Assembly: GCA_002633005.1 (NCBI GenBank) | Contig: NMRA01000129.1 | Coordinates: 748,570-812,569, forward strand | DNA length: 64,000 bases | Direction: 5' to 3' | Origin: Phoronis australis | Taxonomy: Eukaryota; Animalia; Phoronida | In this document: piece after piece, positions 1-13,508 of the stretch | Layout of the letters: each line of letters opens with the position of its first letter | Numbering within the stretch: position 1 is the stretch's first letter | Position numbers and translations under genes: made by a program | The notes under the pieces: generated by a model | Databases searched by the model: none | The model's input: only the letters and a program-made list of their open reading frames with translations | Told to the model about the DNA's origin: nothing

Positions 1-759
1 GTCGCAGGTCCTATAAAGTGACCATGTAACCTTTAGTTGATTTATTCGATGACAGTTCTTTATAAACCCTTTTTGTACATGTTATGACGCTTTGTATAAC
101 AGTAATTACGACTTGACAGTCATTCCACGTCTCATATTTCAATCAAGACGGAAAGACGAGAAATTATTTACAGCGGATTAAAAACGCGACACTGCCAAAG
201 AAAATTACTAGGAAACATTTCTAAATCTGGGATTGTTTTGAGTTAAATCTCCGTAAAACATTTTGCTTTCATCATTCCACGAGCCTTGGGCGAGGTTTTC
301 TTGTCATGATACAAAATTAATCACACAGCCGTGACAGCTAAGTACTAAGCTCCCACTATTATAAAGACCAATCCCGAATAATAAATAGTTTGTTGAGAAA
401 CGTGAGAAATTTAGAGCCATGTTTCTCACCAACGCATAAATTTTCTTTGGCTCGTGCCATTTTCATCGGAATTTTTGTTAACTTGCAGTGTTTTACTAAA
501 TGGGTCACTTCTGGTCGCACGTGTAAAAACAATGGGCCACTGCGTGAAGGTATAAATCAATATTTTTATATTCCGCGTGTAATCAAGACTCACACAGCGA
601 GGAAGCTACACGACATTTTTATAATATTTTAGAGATTTGTCATGTCGCGACAAACTATTTTCATTTGCAGTGTCTTATTTGGAAGACAGGATCAGTAAGA
701 TGTTTTGTTTAGACTTTGAAAACATACTCTCAAGCAATGGCTCGTTTTCATTGGCTATT

Positions 760-867
760 GGTTATATATTGGTTGTATATTCAAAGGGTTATATATTGGT
801 TGTATATTCAAAGGGTTATATATTGGTTGTATATTCAAAGGGTTATATATTGGTTGTATATTCAAAG
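760..867. repeat. Perfect minisatellite, 27-bp unit x4 (ggttatatattggttgtatattcaaag)
   Basis: Identical copies start at 760, 787, 814 and 841; this explains the repeated GYILVVYSK peptides in the ORF track. Lies in intron 1 of the Vsx-like gene. Confidence 0.97.
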
Positions 868-1078
868 CCAAAATAATGAAATATTGTTCTCACACAAACA
901 CAATGGATGTCACAATACCGTTTCAGAGGTTGTCAATGTAAATTTATATTAAATTCCAATCCAAATTTTGATATATAAACGACGTAATACAGCACAATTC
1001 AGGGACTAACTTTGTTGGCATATCTTCTGAAAAAAATCTTTACCTCCGTGTAAGAGATTAAATATCCTCAGACCTTAC

Positions 1079-1478
1079 CTGGGTAAGAGATCGGCGATTT
1101 GAGATGTTTAGCGGTTGTCGCCGCCGTGGGCTGATAATAATCAGGAGTTTGTGAGCACGAGACAATCCCTGGGGTCCAAGCACTGTAGGGCGGCGGAGGA
1201 GGGTTACTCACAACACTTGGCGGGGCTGGTGGAGAGAGGTGTTGGAAGCTGGCGTAGGTTTGCGGGATGTAGGCCGAGTTATCCTGCACGTGCGACGGCG
1301 AATGCTGCTGTGGTCCGCCGAGACCTAGTAATTCGTGGATGGCAAAACTGTTCCGGTGCTGAGTCAAATTGGCACCATTATAGCCCGAGGAAGCCGGGTG
1401 GTAGGCCCGGGCGACATCGTTCATAGATCCGGACAAACTCAGTGGTAATCTGGCGTACGAACTGAGCACGGAGTTCAT
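1079..1478 (-). CDS. First coding exon of a second Vsx-like (PRD-class homeobox) gene; remainder lies beyond the left edge
   Basis: ATG at 1478 in accATGa context; MNSVLSSY...TQHRNSFAIHELLGL...PPPPYSAW...SYP; Vsx-type octapeptide/eh1; His/Pro/Ser-rich; ends at donor CAG|GTAAGG in phase 1, like Vsx exon 1. No homeodomain exon was found in 1-1078. Confidence 0.8.
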
Positions 1479-2692
1479 GGTAAATGTTGTCGACAGCGCC
1501 ACGGACCGAGATTATAAGGAACGGCTTGCCTAATCATCCAAACATTCGCATCACGCTGGATTAAGACCAGTGCGCGTAAACAAACACCACGTTGGGAATG
1601 TTCGACGGACAGTCACTACAAGTCCACCATCTCAATCCGCCAATCACAGATGGTCGACTGCGAAACATTCTTAAATTTCGTTCACATTTTCTCGTTTATA
1701 ACATCAAATTATCTTCAAAATGTGAGGATCCTCGATTTTGGTGATTCTTAGGTTCCATTATGAGAAATGTGATCGTATAACCTCCACTGGCATTATAAAA
1801 CCGCAAATTTATGACTTTTTGCATTATTTTTAAAAGCTTTGTTTCTTAAGAAAAAAGTATTAAGAAATACGAAAATATGTGTCATCCACTATCATAATTA
1901 TAATTTTGCATAATACAAACGTCAAATATAGTTTAGGTATCACATGTTTAATGTTTCATGCAATATCATTGTTACAGTGAAGGCACGAGCGAAGTTCTAG
2001 AACGTTTCGGCCTCATTTTACATGATGACTATTCCTTCCCACCTTTTCGTGCTACCCCAACACTGGTAACAGTAACTTCCCGCTGTTTTTTCATTCAATT
2101 TTCTACAACCTATTTGCTGAACAGATTCGCTATTATCTCGACGCTATTATTGAGAACGACGTGTCAAACACTGCATTCTAAAGCGATCGTTGTAATCTTG
2201 TTTGTTGTAATTCTATAATTATATCAGTCTCTTTACCGGGGAACAGGTGACGTTTAATTTTATACAAACTCAACAAAAAGGACGAGTAGTATTTCCCACT
2301 ACACTCCGTTCATCCCGTAATTAGCTTGTTTTTGTGGATTTAATTCGCAATCTTTGCATTAAATTGCCATTCACTATATCTCGGAATGACTGTTGAAAGG
2401 GTTGGCTTGTCAGTCTTCGGTACAACTATTCACAATTAAACAACTGGGTGCCAACTGTTCTGAACGACCGACCCACTAGGCCTGTCAAAAGCATCCTGTC
2501 CTATTCTTTTATTTTCATGTTCATCAGAATTTAGGAAAGTAGACAACAGAGTTTTGGTTACAAAATATAGTGAATTATTTCACACAAACAGTTCCATTAC
2601 TCCTATTTCTCAAACAAAATGTATTTATTTGATTTATTTGTCGTGTTTTAACGTGGTATCAGAAGTGAATAATGATTATAACTTTCTCATAC

Positions 2693-2826
2693 AATAATAA
2701 TAATCATAATGATAATACCATATTAATACTAATAGTAATAATATCAACAATAATAACAATAATAATACTAATAATGGCAATATTAGTAACAAATATAAGA
2801 AGAAGAAGAACAACAATAACAATAAT
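2693..2826. repeat. Degenerate (AAT)n microsatellite
   Basis: Runs of aat/aac/aag triplets; gives the low-complexity ORFs at 2672 and 2676. Confidence 0.9.
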
Positions 2827-4700
2827 TTGGCAGTTCCGGAGTGCGAATGTCTGACGGGCAAAATCCTGGCTAATACTCTACCCTGTCCCTCCAACTCAAA
2901 ATCCTGGATCCGCCACTGGTAAACAATTTGGGATAAAGCGATGATTGTGACTAGGAACAGTAGAAAATACGTTTCAATAAACATTTTGTCCACATTGTCA
3001 TCGAAAACCATTACAGAAATGCAACGTACTTTCTAGAGCTTTTTTGAAGACATTGAAATATTCCGTTTTCCAAAGACCGTTTGAGAATTTATTTCACAAT
3101 GCTGCAACACGGTAAATTTTCTAAGTTACTACACGTACTTTTGTCATTCTTGTTAACATTTCTATTCACTGTTCGAATTTAAAAGTACTTTTAGGGCTTA
3201 AAGAAACCCATTCAGTTGTTTTCACAAGTTTAGGATATATAACTAGCTTTAAAAATAACATTGAAATAGGAACTTGTTTTCCGTATTTCCCTCCCGGACT
3301 ATGGTTCGATAATCAAACTTTCCCAAAATAGTTTTAAGTAATACAATTGCAGTAGTATAAATAACACTCAACATGCAATCAGGTCCCAAACCTAACATCT
3401 GGAACAAAACTATTAATTATATGACAATTCTGTTTCAGTTTTTAATTGCTAAATATTATATCGTCTGCAACTCAGACGTCGATTCATCGGTAACTACAAT
3501 ATCAAATATTGTTGTTATTTAACTATCTTCGAGAAATGTTACAAGTTCAATGCACAATTACCGTTGTTTTCATCTTCGTTTTCTCTTTTCAAGTAATGAA
3601 TCGTTACATTTAAAACTGTTTCTTTTACAAGAGAAAACTTGTAGCCTTAAACGCGCAAGTGCATACATATAGGATGTGATCCGACACGTGAACAGTCTAG
3701 GTGAAGTATTTAAAAAATCTGCCGAAAAAGTGAAAGAAACTTGGGAGTATAAGATAAATACTCGACATTATTCCACGTATCGACCTCGACCTTCGGTCTC
3801 TGAGTCGGTCGATACGCTGAATAATGTCTCGTTGGATATTACTTCATTTACGCCACTCTCAGTACATTTTGTGTATATATTTACTTACTTCTTTATTATT
3901 TTTTATTCATAAAAGTGAAGTGAAAGATGAAATTTAAAAATCTGTGTTGAGCTTTGTTTATTTTGAAATTGGGAATACAATATGGAGTTTCAAGAAACTC
4001 GTTTTTAACCAAAATGAACAGGAAAGTGCATCCGAAATATATGTTAGTGTATCTATTCTTCGTTGAACACCCACAAATACATTTTCAAATGGCAAGTATA
4101 ATTTTCTGTTAATTTTCTCCTTTTACATTTTCTGCGAGAACGCGCTCCTTATTTAGAGACTTCTCTGCAACAAAATGGTGATTTATTTGGTCACCGTTCA
4201 CGTGGAAATCTAACCCAGTTCGCATACCAAAATGCACTAAGTTATGTGTAATTCTGTCATTTCAGGATTTAATATATTTAAGGAATAAACTGAAAGTGAC
4301 AAAATGCAACTTGTCTTCATCATGCGGTTAAGAAGTTATCTGAAGTGGATTAATGTTGTTTACGTTTAATGTTAAGGTTATAGAAATCTTGTTTCATACC
4401 AAAACAAATAATAGATCAACTGTTTTATGCAGCGTATGAGTCACGAAAATCGTTATTTAGTCCAAAATTGAAATGTGCTCGCCAAACTCTAAGGAATGTC
4501 GAGCTATTTCTGAGAGACAAGAGAAGATTGCAAACCCACCCTGCAGTCAAGCAATATTCGACCGTGCAAGCCGAGCTCAACATTTCTGGAAATGCAGGAC
4601 AGTACTGGATTTCGTACCCTTATGCGAATGAAAATATGAATATTAAAATATTAAAATATTCTCTATTCGTGAAATGCAGTTTAGAAGATTAATGTTATTA

Positions 4701-4721
4701 TTGTTGTTGTGGTTGTTGTCG

Positions 4722-4753
<32 letters not shown>

Positions 4754-4759
4754 GCTGTT
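4701..4759. repeat. (GTT)n microsatellite
   Basis: Directly visible ttg/gtt run. Confidence 0.95.
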
Positions 4760-6654
4760 TATATGATTGTAAATATGTTAATTCTGATATTGTGTTCATT
4801 TTCATAATGCGTATGCTTGTTTGTTCAATTCGTGACTGAACAAACGTGTCTCTCTATTGAGATGTTACCGATATGTACACGTGCGAAATTTAATTATTTC
4901 CTTCTTGATTTATTCCGTTGTAGCCAGTATTTGTCAGAGTGTATTTAATACTTCTTCATGGTCTGTCGTCTTATTATTATTAGGATATATCAGTTACTCA
5001 TTTCTTCTCCAATGTCATAATTTTCTCGGAACAAACGGAAAACGCGATATTAATTTTTGTATTGCATGTAAACGGCAATGTCTTGTCTTCCTGAACAATT
5101 GAGATCATCTTACGTGTACCAACTCTAAGTAAATTATGTTCGTTTCCTAGCACAAAACCTCGCTGATTAGAACCATTGTTGATTACGTGTTTAATAAGAT
5201 ATGAAACTTAAGACCTGATGAGTCCGAATCCGATAGCTTGGCGATTAGCAACAGAGCAATATTCGTCAGCCATTGGTGCACCTATCTTTTGTTAGCAATG
5301 TTGTAAACATAGGTTTTTCAAGTATTTATCATCATTGATAAATAAGTACAAAAACAAACAAATCCATTCATTCACGCATGCACACCTCAGGAGAGACCAT
5401 TGTCGTATCTCGTATAAAGTAAACAACTGCTACATGGAGTTGAGGTGAAAAATAAAATTTTCCCATTTTGCAGAGAAGCTGTCATATACAAATTTATACA
5501 TGCAGTTAAGTAAACATAGTTTTGTAGCTTCAGGAGAGATTTAAAAAATTCACGAAAAATCAAAGTACGTTGCATGCAAGTTTGATCACGAGTTGTAAGG
5601 TTGAACGCAGCGCAGCAAGGTAGCACTTCTAGGTAGACGGTGCCACAAAGATCGTCTACAATCGATCAAAAACTATAGCAGGGCGTAGGTCTTATGCATA
5701 CTTTGCTTTCGTAACAATAAGATTGCAACCATTAGTTTATGTTTTTCTAGAAAAAAGTGAAAGCAGTAACCCGGAGATTTCTGGTTCATTAAAGACTTGG
5801 TATTTTAAAGATTTAATGACCAAATGGAAGTTACAGTCGACTGCTAATAAAGCTCTAGCTATTTCACTCACTCCAATATGACATCAGCCAAATTGTTGAT
5901 TTTTACAACATAGTAACAGACTAGTAAAGTTCACATTTTTACGAATATCGTTTTCCTGTTGAACCATTGAGTCATGTTCAGTAAAATATGTTGGTAAGAA
6001 TAACGAATTTCAATTACTTGAGTTTATACTAGATTGAACACTGAAACTACGTGTCAGGGGATAGGGTCTTTTAATGAAAGACCTCTCTACCTCGGCTTCC
6101 CAGGTTTGTCATTGCAACAGACAAATCAAGGTAATTTATGAGATGACATCTATCACCTGTTTTTACACATATTCACGTGCAATCACGTAGTTGTTAAAGT
6201 AACGCAATTAGTAAATAAGACTAATTAAGGACGAAACAGGCCATCTCTCTGTCTCGTCACCTGCATGAGTTGAGTGAGGACAAACTGAGGTTGGAGACAT
6301 TTTGCCCATGCCAATCATTGCAACATAGATACAAGAGACCGCGTAACACAGAGGCTTGAGCTCCGAACTCTCATTCAGGAAACTTAGGTTCGAAAAATGC
6401 TTTTTTGTTCAATTTAATAGTTTCATCTATACAACTTGTGGTTTGGTTAGCGAAGATCAGATTGTGTTAAAATATTTTTAAAACTTGAAACTTAAAACTG
6501 TGCAATAAACTGACTCTTACTCAAGTTTTCGCGGTTTCCCATTGCTTCAAAATTGACTAGAAGTACATGTATATTCCAGCAAGCCAATTCTTGCATTCAT
6601 AGACAGACCGTGCGTAACCAAGATCGGTTCATGTCACTAGCATTGAGTCGGGCT

Positions 6655-6665
6655 TAATTCGATTA
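6655..6665. promoter_or_regulatory. P3 palindrome TAATTCGATTA (paired-class homeodomain dimer site)
   Basis: Exact TAAT-NNN-ATTA match; a P2 site TAATAAATTA follows at 6766-6775. Function is inferred only. Confidence 0.35.
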
Positions 6666-9600
6666 GACTAGCATTACCACACCTCAAGCAGAAAAATTAG
6701 GCTACTACAAAAAACCATTATCAAATTGTTAAGAAAATACAGAACTAATTTATCACTGTTGCTGCTAATAAATTAGCCACTGTCACACGTGCGGCCGCTG
6801 TTTCTCCGTTTGTCACGAAATCACTGGGCCACACATCGCGGGAATCGGTGATAGAATCCGTTGTCGCTGCGGGATACTCTCGAGGCAGAATCTAAGAAAG
6901 TGGTCGGAAAATAGCACGTCAGTTTCTCGGCGCATTTGGTTACAGGTTTCAGCAAACCCCAGTCGTCACATCTGGACGTGGGAATTGGTGGGACAGCTTG
7001 CAGCCGTTTGACAGGCGCGACATGACATTTTGAGAAATCGCATTTTTCACTACAAATCGGATTTACTCTGACTTGCCACGGAGACGGCGTTTAGCTCATC
7101 AGGCTACGACTCGCCGCAATAGTCACATCGCGATACAAAGAAACAGTCCTAAAAAGAAATCACGACAAAATTATCTCACCCTACAGGCAATCTATGTTTA
7201 TGCTTCCTCAGTTCGTTACAGCGATGGTTATAAATGCTCAAATCCAGTTGGAGATGAGATACGTAACAATTACACGAGCAGTCAGAATGGTGTGACGTCA
7301 TTGAGGGAATTCGTCTCCTCCTTTTACACAAGTCCTAGTGTTTCCAACTGCAAGAAAATCATGTAAAATTCCCTTAAACGTGTATTTGGGCCGTGATAGT
7401 TTCACCAACACAAGTCCTTTCTTTGGTTTCCAAAAAATCTTTAAAAATAAATCACGACTCGAGTACTTAAAGGGACATTATCGGCGAGAAAAGCTATTTT
7501 CTGAGATGAGCCTCGGCTCGGATTCAAACTTGAAAAACTCACAGTCGTTCTGATGGCAGGGTTAAATCCGACTCGATAAATGGCAGAGTATCTTAAGCGC
7601 ATTTAACTCGTGAAGTCATTGGCCTTGTTTTAGCGAAAGCGTCTGGTAGACTATGTCGAGAATTGGCAATTGGTAATACAAATCACAAAACCACAACGAA
7701 TTTTGATGTTTTGTAGATTTGGTCAATGTTAATGACTTCAAGAATTCTACCCTATTCATCAATAATCCCGAAAATGCGTATTTCGATCGTCGTAAAATCG
7801 ATAACGTGCCATTCATGTGAACCAGGGCAGCATGGGAACGCTTAGTTTGAGGGAGTCATTATGCCCTCTTCTCTATATGCCTCAAATCATTCGGAGCATC
7901 TCGGGTATTTTCGTAGTTTCAAAATTTAAGGCTACAAAAATATCGGAGGTGTTAAGAATACCCTCTAAACTTGTTCTGATATGCAGATGATCAGCCGTCA
8001 TATTCACTAAAGAATACCGAGTGATTGGACGAGATTTGGCGACAAGCGTCCGAGACACGACTCAGATCGCAACAGGGTGCTCGATTTTGTGACTAAAATT
8101 TTATGCAATTAAATATTTTTGATAGAAGAGATGTGAAGAAACAAAAAATTACTGATTCAGAACTTAAGAAGATTAGAAAAGTTTGCGGATTGGTCAGTCC
8201 GGTCCATTAGCGTTGCCATTTGTGTGTTTAAGCAAGAGACGTTAACTCGGTGGTAATTTTTCAGTGTTAGATTTTGATCACTGTCGTTATCATGTATCTA
8301 AGCTTCAATGATGATATCACATTTTGGAAAAAGTACATCGTGTTCAAAATGCCTAGAAAATGTGGTATTTCGTGGGCATGCCATAAAATTAATGTTCATT
8401 TAGTTAGACATCATGTATGTCGCGTATTTAATTTTAGTCTAAGCGAATAAAACCATTAAGACATTTACAAGTTGATGGAAGAAGTACTTTAATAACCTTT
8501 TTTTTCAATCAGCCTTTGAAAAAGCAGCTGTAGTTTGTCTTTGACAAAACTCGGTTGCATCTGCCTCGTCACCTTTTTGTCTAATATCGTATGACGCTAA
8601 TCAGTCACCACTTGAGGGCGCTGCGCAGGAACGTAGTGTAAGGTCTTTAGCTAATTGGTAAAGCAATGGCATTAACTTACGAAATTTTACGTCGTATTCT
8701 TGTGTGATCTTGCATTTCTAACAAAAAATGCTCTACGGAACGCACTCCTAGACAGACGCACGGGCGACTTCCCATTGCTCACTGCGCACATAATTCCTCG
8801 CGCTAGTGTCTCCAAGTTTTCAAGAGTGAATAAAAGAAGGTTCTTAGGTTCATTTTGGTACACGATTTTGTTTCGTTTTTGAAAAATTTATTGTTTCCAT
8901 AACCAACTAAAGTCTTGAAAACTTCGAAAAGATCGCCTTAGTGCCGTTGTCTTTGGTGCACGCTCCCGATTGTCAGATGAAACTAAGTGGAAATTGAAAT
9001 TTAATCAAGCCTTCATGGCACGACATCACTCTTGGTGGGATTAACATTTAGTTGAATCTAATCTAGTTTAAGGCTACTACAGACCACTCGGTAACCGTGA
9101 GATCCCAAGTCTCTGTTATTTCACTTCGATGCACAAACTTTTTTAATCTTGGAAAACGATCAGAAATTGAATACGGTCTGTGAGGTAAAATATGGATTTC
9201 ATTGTTAATTGAGACAATGAGATGCTGCAACAGGGGATTCGGGAATATAAAAGGACAGAACGTGAAATCGAAAGAACCGTTCAACAGACCAAACACAGAA
9301 TACTACAAAATGCGACTGAAAATATACTTCGAGGCTAACTTTCGAGATAGACACACTTGTGTCTTGACATTCTATTTCTAATACAGTTTCGTATTTCTAA
9401 GGCATCTATTGCCAGCCGTGTTCCTAATATCTATATTTTCCTGTTGTCATATTATACAATAAGATTGTTTGAGATGCAAGAAACTGTGTATTGGGTATTC
9501 TAACTTTTTTACATTGGGATGGACTAAATTGCCAAAATAAGTGAATTTGAAGGCGTGGTTCGAAGGCTTTTAAATCACATTTACTTGGCCTGGAAATCTT

Positions 9601-11899
9601 CTGTTCATTACAAAACCGGAAAAGATAATTGCTTCATTCTAAAATGAACGCAAACCAAGGTGTGTCTCGCAAATTTAAAACATAAACGTTAACGCGTGCT
9701 TTATTGTAGACAGGGCGTTGAACATTAAAATTTATTCTTCCTGCGCTCGCTTCGGATGCGCAGAAAGCAGGCAGCGGCACTACGTACAAAATTGACACTC
9801 AGTGGGGAAATAGTTGTATGGGACTCCCCCCGAATCGATAAGAAAACTATTATCTTGTCATCATTAATTGTATATTGGCCCTAGCCAAGAATAGCTGTTC
9901 TACTTGTTTATCTGTTTATGTAGCCCAGTGGGTAAGAATGCGTTAATTAGATGACAGAACCGCCCCATTCGCTATTGAGCTAATCGGGTGACCCTCCGAC
10001 GCATTGTCCCAGGGCGATTAGATCGATGTGTATGAGAATGATGGATTGTGCTGGTGACGTTCAGATGTATTGAGTGCTCGGAATTCATGAAAGTTGTAAT
10101 TGCATAAAACATAAAAAATTGAACTTGTCCATGGGCAAGGGCGTTGCCGACTGAGGCTTATATGAAATTTTCTTTGAATTTCTACTTCGTTTTACGATCA
10201 ATAAAAACATTAAAAATGCTAAAAGAGAGACAGTGCAATGCGGTGCACGCGCAATCGCTGAGAATAGCAATAATGACTAAGTAAAAAACTACATTGGTGT
10301 TCAGAAGGTTGTTGACGAACCCAGTAAATGCAGTAAAGCGGTTAAAGCCTTCAGAATGCTCACCCATTAGGCCTGTCAGTCGGTTTCAACCCAAAACAGC
10401 CTGTAATTTAATAAGCGTTTGAGAAAGTTAGCTTAAGTGTAAACACATGTTCAAATTGCCTTTAGTGTTTTTAAACCAATTACGAGTGTCGGGAGCTCAT
10501 TGGTTGTAACGTGGATAGCTGACATCTTTAAATCTAACCGGCTCTCTTCCGCAGCCTGCAATAGAACGCCCCCTTACGTAAGTTTGACGTCAACTATTTT
10601 TGACCGCCACAACTCAATAAGGATTGATTTCGACATGTCTGATATTTCAATGCCTCATATATCGTATAGTCTTGCAATGGATTGCGTATGACTATAAATG
10701 AATGCTGGTATTATTACTATTGGCTTTTCAAACAGTTCGGAAACGGATGCTGTATTCAAATATTTCTACCTTTCTACAAAATAGGAATCATATTTACTAA
10801 AACTTGCGCCAAGAAGAACTAATTAAGCTTCAATGGACTGACTTGACATAGTTATTCGCAACACGATACATTAATATTTGATGTTAAGTCGTTCATATTT
10901 TCCCCTTTTAATTAAAATCAATGAAATTAAATCAGTACCCTAAACCGAATAATAGTATTTTGAAGCAATTTTGTACTTTCAACCCCTTGTTTAGTCATTA
11001 TTTTAATGTTAATTTTAACTCGTTACGTATACAGGCCTTTTTATCCGCTGTGATTTTTTGAGTGAAGTTAAATGCTAATGTTAAAATTTCTTTACTAAAA
11101 GTTTGCTTCATCGTCATGGTGTATGAAAGAAAGGAAGAAGATCCAGAAACTTGTTTTGGTTACGAATTGTTTTGCGAGAGTTTGGCAAAAACGAAACGGA
11201 AGAAGTCTTTATGTAAAAGACCAGTTATCTTACTTCACATTAATCAGCATAGCATTGGAAGCACAACCAGTGCCATATTGCAACCAGTAGAAGTAATCAT
11301 GTCCTTGTTTATTCGTATCTTATTTAGCTTTTTTATTTTTTGTTTCTCTTCATCCTGAAGTGGAATGTTGTTTGCTGTCATACCAACTTCGGTTCGTATT
11401 TCATGACCAATAATAACAAATTGAGATTCTTGAATAACCTTTGAAATTTGTGCGTGATTTTTATTCACGGCTCACTGTTGTCCTTGAGAAGGAATTCTAT
11501 GTCACGTGGCTATGGTACACTTCCTATACTTTAGACCTTATGCCATTCACCATTATTTCGTCATTTGTGTATTGTTTCTTACTTCCTTCCTATAAATGAT
11601 TGGTTGAAATTCCTTAATGAAAAGAGAGTCTATTTGTAATTTTATTTTTGTTTTCGTTTTTATGAACTGGCATTGAACTTGAAGAAAATGAACCAGTCAC
11701 ACTACGTACACGCGTTTTAAGTGGTTTCACTGGTTTATAGTGTATCCGTTCAACGCAAATGTCGTTTAAACATTTTATTATTGAACTGTTATAACGAGTT
11801 CCAAAGCAACACTTGCCTTGACAGATAGGAATCCTTACCTCTTTTCAAAACAAACTCTAACACAAATAATGAACCTACCTTGCTCAATTGAACTGAAAC

Positions 11900-11975
11900 C
11901 ACACACAAACACACACGCACGCACACTCACACACACACACACACACACACACACANACACACACACACACACACA
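11900..11975. repeat. (CA)n microsatellite containing one N
   Basis: Directly visible. Confidence 0.97.
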
Positions 11976-12322
11976 TTTTAGACTCACCACAGCACCAAAA
12001 TCGTCCGTAATAAGGCTTATTCGTGCGTGGTTTGAGTTCTTGCGGTACATAGTAAAAGTAGCGAGAGTTTTGCTCTAAGTGTTCCGTTGCATGATATGCG
12101 TACTTCTGTTGTGCTTGAACTTGGAATCACGCTTAATCTCAAGATGGCCCATGTGCATGAACAAAGAATCATATCTTTATTAAGCATTAAAGCAAGTGAC
12201 ACTTGTGACGCAGCATAAAGAATTTGTGTAATTATTACCCTCCCACCCATGAATTGTGCCGCAGAATCGGAGGAATATGTGAGTGGTAAATCAATTAATG
12301 TTTGACGACTGAATAAGACAGA

Positions 12323-12475
12323 CAATAGTTGAAAACAGCTGATAAATGTAGTGGTTAAAGAATACTTTGTTTTGTTAACACGTGATTTGTTTTAGAGCAG
12401 CGCAATTTTCAATTACGTGAACGTAATCATTTGAGCGAACTTGCTAAGTTCACGCATGCGCGATACTGAGACCAT
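12323..12475 (+). repeat. Diverged partial copy of the TIR element at 38827-39222
   Basis: caatagttgaaa...acgtgaacgtaatcatttgagcgaactt...aagttcacgcatgcgcgatactgaga aligns by eye with about 39037-39192. Confidence 0.7.
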
Positions 12476-12700
12476 GAGGAATCCCCAATAAAAGCATAGC
12501 ACTACACTCGCTGGTTCCCTGCGTGTAGATAACCTCGCGGGTTCCCTGCGTGCCGCTAGATGGTAGCCAGCACGCAGATATCACTTAATTTTCCTCGAGA
12601 AACTTTTTACACCGGCGTTTTTGATAGGCTGGCCTAATTCTCAAAAGGCAAACAAACTGGCATGATGGCGGAGGAAGTGTAAATGTGGTCTGCTGTACAG

Positions 12701-12997
12701 GATGCATATTACCCAGCCAGCGCTCAAAATACTTTGAAACGGGAGGCAAATTACCCCGGCAGCCAGCGCTCAATATATTTTGAAAGTGGATGCATATTAC
12801 CCAGCGAGCACTAAACATACATGTACTTCGAAACGGGATACATATTACCGAAACAGCGCTCAATATATTTTGAAAGGCGGTGCATATTACTCAGCCACCG
12901 CTCAGCATACTTTGAAAGGCGGTGCATATTACCCAGCCACCGCTCAGCATACTTTGAAAGGCGGTGCATATTACCCAGCCAGCGCTAAATACACTTT
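12701..12997. repeat. Minisatellite, ~42-bp unit x7
   Basis: Unit tacccagccaccgctcagcatactttgaaaggcggtgcatat; the 14-aa periodicity in ORF 12780..13031 agrees. Confidence 0.92.
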
Positions 12998-13508
12998 TGC
13001 AACACGTAAAAGTGACGACGCAGTTCCATAAAACAATAATAATATATTTTCATATCAATAAATAATCTACATCAAAAATTATTTCAATGAACAATTAATT
13101 CAACATTTTGTTCCTTGACTTTACACATTCTCAGACATGACAAAACTTCTCAATAATTCCCTGTATCAGACTCAAAGTACGTTACCATGGAAATTAGTGA
13201 CGAAAACTAAGAAAACTCAGATACTGTTTAGAACTATGGAAGCAAAGTGATCTAATTTTTGAAAAATGAAACTCTATAATCTGAATTTATCGTTGTATTT
13301 TATAGAATCATTCACGTGGTTGGTATGGACGCCGGTATTTGCGCCACAACTACTGTCCAAGAGACAAATGATCAAAGGCAGAATACAAGCTCTTTCCAAG
13401 CAATACTTGTCCTACGTAATCATACCTGCCTCGGTCGCCATCGTATTTTGGGGTCTTAAAAACAATGCATTTCCCTCTTGTGCAAGCCATAAACGTACAC
13501 TCAACCAA

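Noticed and set aside
338-347. ctaagtacta matches the 5' end of miR-252a
   Set aside because: Only 10 nt match, the rest diverges and no precursor hairpin is evident.
1115-1426. 103-aa plus-strand ORF
   Set aside because: Antisense shadow of the GC-rich Vsx-like exon; the same applies to ORFs 15052, 32940 and 61323.
1479-1502. ORF-track start at GTG 1502
   Set aside because: Non-ATG start in a eukaryote; the ATG at 1478 has a good Kozak context.
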